A stretch of 55,995 nucleotides of DNA, filler included, from Platydemus manokwari (Eukaryota), in assembly GCA_037951405.1 (NCBI GenBank). It is 5 parts of 5 records of this genome, joined end to end, with 100 filler letters (N's around TTAATTAATTAA, not from the genome) between each part and the next. Parts side by side here need not be neighbours in the genome. Positions count along the whole stretch, not along the records: positions 43,380 to 55,995 come from JBBMOY010045569.1; 4 more parts are not named here. One strand, given 5' to 3'. The notes under the pieces were generated by a model. The model had not been told where the DNA came from. It did not search any database and saw nothing but the letters and a program-made list of their open reading frames with translations. Position numbers and translations under genes: made by a program. Position 1 is the stretch's first letter. Each line of letters starts with the position of its first letter. This document shows, piece after piece, positions 51,281-55,995 of this stretch.

Positions 51281-54161
51281 TTTTATAAATTTTAGAATAA
51301 GCTATTTTTGTGCCTTAATCTTCAAAAATAATGTCACAATATTCAGATATTAAGTTGAAAATGTATCGTATTCTGATGGTAATTACTAAAGTATGTATCG
51401 GTCATATATTTATATATGATCATTTCTCATTTCGAATATCTCATCTCCGACTCTCATATTTATCTATTTATTTCAGAATTGTATGGTGAAAACAGTTGAG
51501 GTGTCTTTATATATAATTAGCTTTTACAACAGCATCTATTCTTTCAGCACTAGAAAAACTTCTTATTTTCGAGTCTCAACCTGTTGTGCTATCGGTATTG
51601 TCGATAATGCGACAACTCTAATAAAACATGTCATCACCTTTAATAATAAAATAATTAAATTAAATTCATTATTTTGAAAATATAACGATAATTTATATCT
51701 TTTAATCTAAAGTTAATGAATAAAATTTATATTATCTAACTGGAAGTCTGAATCAGTACTATTACTACTTTTCTCCCAAATTCTACTAGAAAGTTCTGAA
51801 TATTTTAAAATTATTTATATTTTCAGGTTGTTTTAATCAAGTATATAAAAGTAATATAAATTTATCAACAATGTTTTGATAATATATTATTAAATATTTG
51901 ATCTTTTCGATAAATCAAGATCAATGTTTTATTTATTTTATCAATGAAAGTCGAAATATTACTACATATAGCTGTAATTAAAAATCTTTTCATCATACTA
52001 TTCATCAATGCCAGCCAATTTTTTAAAAATGATCATTGAGAAATTACTCTTTAGAGTTAGTCGTTAATTTTATAAAGGTGCTTATAATTTTGAAAAATTT
52101 TGGTATTTACAAATGGAGAAGTTGCTCAAAGTTAATATTGGAACTTTCTTCTTGCAAGGATATCCACGGTATCCTAGATAGAATAAAAAATGTATCACAT
52201 CAGTACCAAATAGTCGATTATGAGTTAAATTGGTTACATTTATTATTACCGAATTATTGATTACTTTTTCTTATGATTGTGGCTATTTCTGTAATGTTCG
52301 AAAATATAAGTAAATAAAATAATTAAAAGTTGTTAGTAAATATATCTGAATTAAAATAAGAATAAATCCTGTTATAATTAATATTGCTTCAACAATAAAT
52401 TATAATTATATACTTTAATTAATCGGTTGGGAAAGTAATGTTATAATTAATATAATCTTTTGTCTGTGAATAGAAATTCTATTGTTTGTTAATGAAGGTC
52501 ATTAAGTTCACCTGTTGAGACACTCTAAAAGTTGTAACTATTTTCAGAAATTAACTTATCAATTTAGAAGTAGAAAGCAATTTGAAATCGATATAATTAC
52601 AAAGAATCGATAATAAGTGATCTAGAATTTATGGAACAGCGATTATATGCTTTGTAAGAATATCGATTATATAATTAAATAAGGAGTAACATTGTTGTTA
52701 CTTTAGATATTTTCTAAATAATATAGAAAGTGATTATCTAATATTATAATAGATGAATCTGATAATGAATGGATTGATTATACGTATCTAGTAAAAATAT
52801 TGATGAATAATTATCTCAGTCTAGAGATCTTACAAAAGTTTTAGAAAATTATTCTAATCTCAATTAATTTGAAAACTTTTATTTGTTTAAGGTCAACATT
52901 TTAAAGAAACCTTTAAATTTTTATCTATTATAACCATGATTAGCGATCTCAATTATTTTCAAAAAAAGTCCACCTAATTATCCACACACATATTCAATTT
53001 TTGATGAACAAGCAAATTGGAATCAACATTAATAAAATTTTATTATTTTTCTAAATTGATTCTAATTCTAAAACAGGAAATGTGTTTACATTGTTAGTCA
53101 GTTGGTTTGATTTGTTTATGTGGGTCCGATAGTAATAAATTAATCCGAATTTACCTATCTTTAAACACATTTAAATATATATATTTTTTATCATCAAGAT
53201 AATTTATTAAAGTGATCAACAAGTTTACAACAGTTTTCAACATAAAAGCTTTCAGTATAAAATTAACACCAATGTTTTTTCAAATAACCACCGTTTGTTT
53301 TCATTTATTTTTGTTCCTTATATCCCATTGTTCGTTTTCATTTTTTAGTCATACTTTTTTTATTATTAATTCGATAATGAAGTTTAAGAAATTGTCATTA
53401 AGAGATTTACTCTGACGAGTGAAGAATAAATTGAAATATAGCGTTATTAGTGACACGCGTAGTTTAGGAAATTAAATTTATATCTTTTGTTTCTACGAAT
53501 TCAATAAAATTTTCATTCTTGAGATTACAAGATAAGAGTGTCTTTATAATTTAGCTAGTACAGAAATTTTGCGAAAGTATTTATAATAATTAATGATATA
53601 AACATAAATTTTGATGAAAAAACTCTATTTTCACTAAAGTTTATATTGGATTTAAGTATTACTATAAAGAGAAATCAATTATTACCATAACAACAAGAAT
53701 AATAGCCATAGATAATTATTTAAAATTATTTGACACGTTGAGGAACTCGGTAAGATTTTGTTTTAACCATGACTACAGAATCGATAAGAAAATTTGTCTA
53801 CTATAATTGGCTGTCTAACACATACTATGATCTTGAAATAAACGCTATATATGTATATAACTGCTCCATTAAATAAAGAAAGGTCGAGAGGTATTCAAAA
53901 TTTGCACAACCAATTACATAGATGCATATCAAAACATTGTCTAAGATTTTCGCTGGAATATTATATTATATAAGCTGGCATATAATATAGAGATACAGAG
54001 ATAAAACAAATTGAAACAATAATGTTTATTTGATTTGAACAAATAATTTAAAACACAGAATCTATTTAAAAGAGGTAGCCTAGTGCGCACGCACTTTGGT
54101 ATCCTAAAACATGAAAACATAATGTAAAATAAAATATTACCAACATACTTACTGTAAATAG

Positions 54162-54268
54162 TGATCCGAGGCACTGATGATGGAAAGTCGAAAATCTCCA
54201 CCATCTTTGCAGCTATCGTCTCAGAAGGCTCTTACGGAGGGTCGAACAAGGTCTACTTTCAGCAAAAG
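54162..54268 (+). CDS. Candidate exon of an unidentified gene
   Basis: GC-rich island bounded by AAATAG and AAG|GTAGTT; two open readings (IRGTDDGKSKISTIFAAIVSEGSYGGSNKVYFQQK or MMESRKSPPSLQLSSQKALTEGRTRSTFSK). Confidence 0.3.
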
Positions 54269-55919
54269 GTAGTTTATTTATTTATTTATTTTGAATATTT
54301 TGATTGCTTAACACTCGGCATGTTATGGCTCAGCACAATAACCAACAGGGGTAATTATTTACATCAAATTTCTGTAAATTCTGACCGAAATGGTGAAGTT
54401 ACATCTGATCTCATTACTAAACCGAATGAGGGATTATTATTATTAGCAATAACATGCCATATATAACATTGAGCCTCAACAAAGTATCTCTTGCTCAACG
54501 GCCTTGTCTTTAATTTTAAAATGCTTTTATTGATTTTATATTACTAAGCAGCACTCGTAATCAAAATCTTGTTCGAAATCAACATTTGATACTAAACATT
54601 GATTCATGATTCTGTTACAAAGAAATATTTTAACCAGAGAGTAGCTCTTATTTTTAATTTAACGTCATTGCAAAGAATAACCAACCTTAAAAGCCACGAG
54701 TTCTCGACTCTTGATCAGTAACTGATTTGTATTCGTACATAAAATAACCCTGACTGCAAATCAGCAAGAGCTGACCTAACTAAATTTAAAATATAGTGTA
54801 ATCTTTTTTGGCTAAAAAGTGAAATCATGGTTGGTTAATCTGAACTAGTTGCCAAGAATTACCAGTTTATCCCATGTGCTGTTGTTGTTTGATGTACTTT
54901 AGCACGTCTACCAGTACTATTGCTAATACTAGTAGGAATACTGGGTTCCAACAAATTATCTTTAATTATTTCAGATAAAATTAATGATTAAAAATACCGT
55001 GAGATTGTTTATTTGATTGTTTTGATTAAATATACTTTTGTGGGTTTGCTTACTTCCAATTTATTTTCTTTTATTTATCACAAAAAATAAATATAATTTT
55101 TTAAATTTTTTATTCGTTAACTAAACCAAATGCTGTTGTGGTGGTGAATAAAATTCAACAAGCCAATATTCCATCTAAATTAAATTATAAAATTAATATT
55201 AAAAAAATAATAATTTTGCAAATGAGGATTCATCCTCTCCATTTCTGGAAATCAACATCGTAACTAGATCCGTTCCTTTCCCACAACTTGTCATGCAATT
55301 GCATATTAGAGAGATTATTCAATTAGTTTCCTCGGACAGAGAATTATTTTTTCACTAAATTTCTTTGAATTTAATAAACTGAATAGTTGTCATTTGAAAT
55401 TTTCTTGACAATTATTAATACATTGTGAATAAATTGGTTTTGAATATATTTCTCATTGAACTTGGATAGTTAAAGTTAAATAATTTAATCGAAAGCAATT
55501 GATTAGAAAATTGAAATATTATTTTTTCAAAATCTTGTTAATTATTTATCACTTAAACTGTAAATTAATAATACAACTTGTGCTGATGCTCAGAAATTGG
55601 AAAGTTCTTCATGCCGAAATGAAAAGAAAGAATGTTAAGTGAAATAAAAGTGGTGATGGAAAAATATTTACAATCGCACCAGATTTAGAAAGGAAAAGTA
55701 GGAAAAAATAGATGCGACTGAACAATGCAAATAGAAAAACCAATGTATTGTCTTGAAGAAATACAGCTGGTAAATACGAATGTAAGGGAAGGTTATTTCA
55801 TTAACATCTAATCACTGATGGTGAAATTAGATATTCTTGGATCCAATGGCAACAGGATATTAGAGATGAAAAAACGTAGATAATTTTTGTGACCTACATG
55901 TCCTTTTCTTGTTTTGTCA

Positions 55920-55924
<5 letters not shown>

Positions 55925-55995
<71 letters not shown>
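55925..55995. repeat. (TAT)n microsatellite running to the window end
   Basis: Read directly; similar (ATT)n at 34518-34568 and AAT-rich tract at 43380-43450 mark contig starts. Confidence 0.98.

Noticed and set aside
54174-54200. CTGATGA...GAAA resembling a hammerhead core (similar CTGATGA hits near 4955, 5195, 37325, 39140)
   Set aside because: No properly paired stem II or stems I/III around the core
1-55995. CRISPR arrays, tRNA/rRNA genes, operons or prokaryotic defence systems
   Set aside because: No regularly spaced repeat-spacer array or RNA-gene signature seen; the DNA is intron-containing and eukaryotic

Overview
Very AT-rich eukaryotic (animal) genomic DNA with spliceosomal GT-AG introns and no prokaryotic features. 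Composition, short introns and the TE complement are compatible with a triclad planarian or similar invertebrate, but that is inference only. The window is five contigs joined by four artificial 100-nt spacers (N44-TTAATTAATTAA-N44), so adjacency across them is unproven. The one clearly recognisable intact gene is BTBD9 (minus strand; six phase-consistent coding exons, 25241->10723, 549 codons; BTB-BACK-two discoidin-like domains), whose last exon was not found. Its 6.5-kb intron 5 holds a decayed pogo/Tigger element with TIRs, an internally deleted R2-superfamily (RLE) non-LTR element ending at a (CA)n tract, and probable hAT and MULE debris. Elsewhere are a cecropia-type mariner TIR, a decayed Buster-type hAT transposase, a complete 290-bp hAT MITE with an 8-bp TSD, a Merlin remnant, five related solo-LTR-like CCAAT/TATA modules, a diverged direct duplication, a cryptic intron-containing transportin-3 pseudogene fragment, and an unexplained intact 437-codon basic ORF. 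I cannot demonstrate a new biological system; the best leads are the orphan ORF, the clustered LTR-like modules and the (CA)n-terminated RT-less retroelement.
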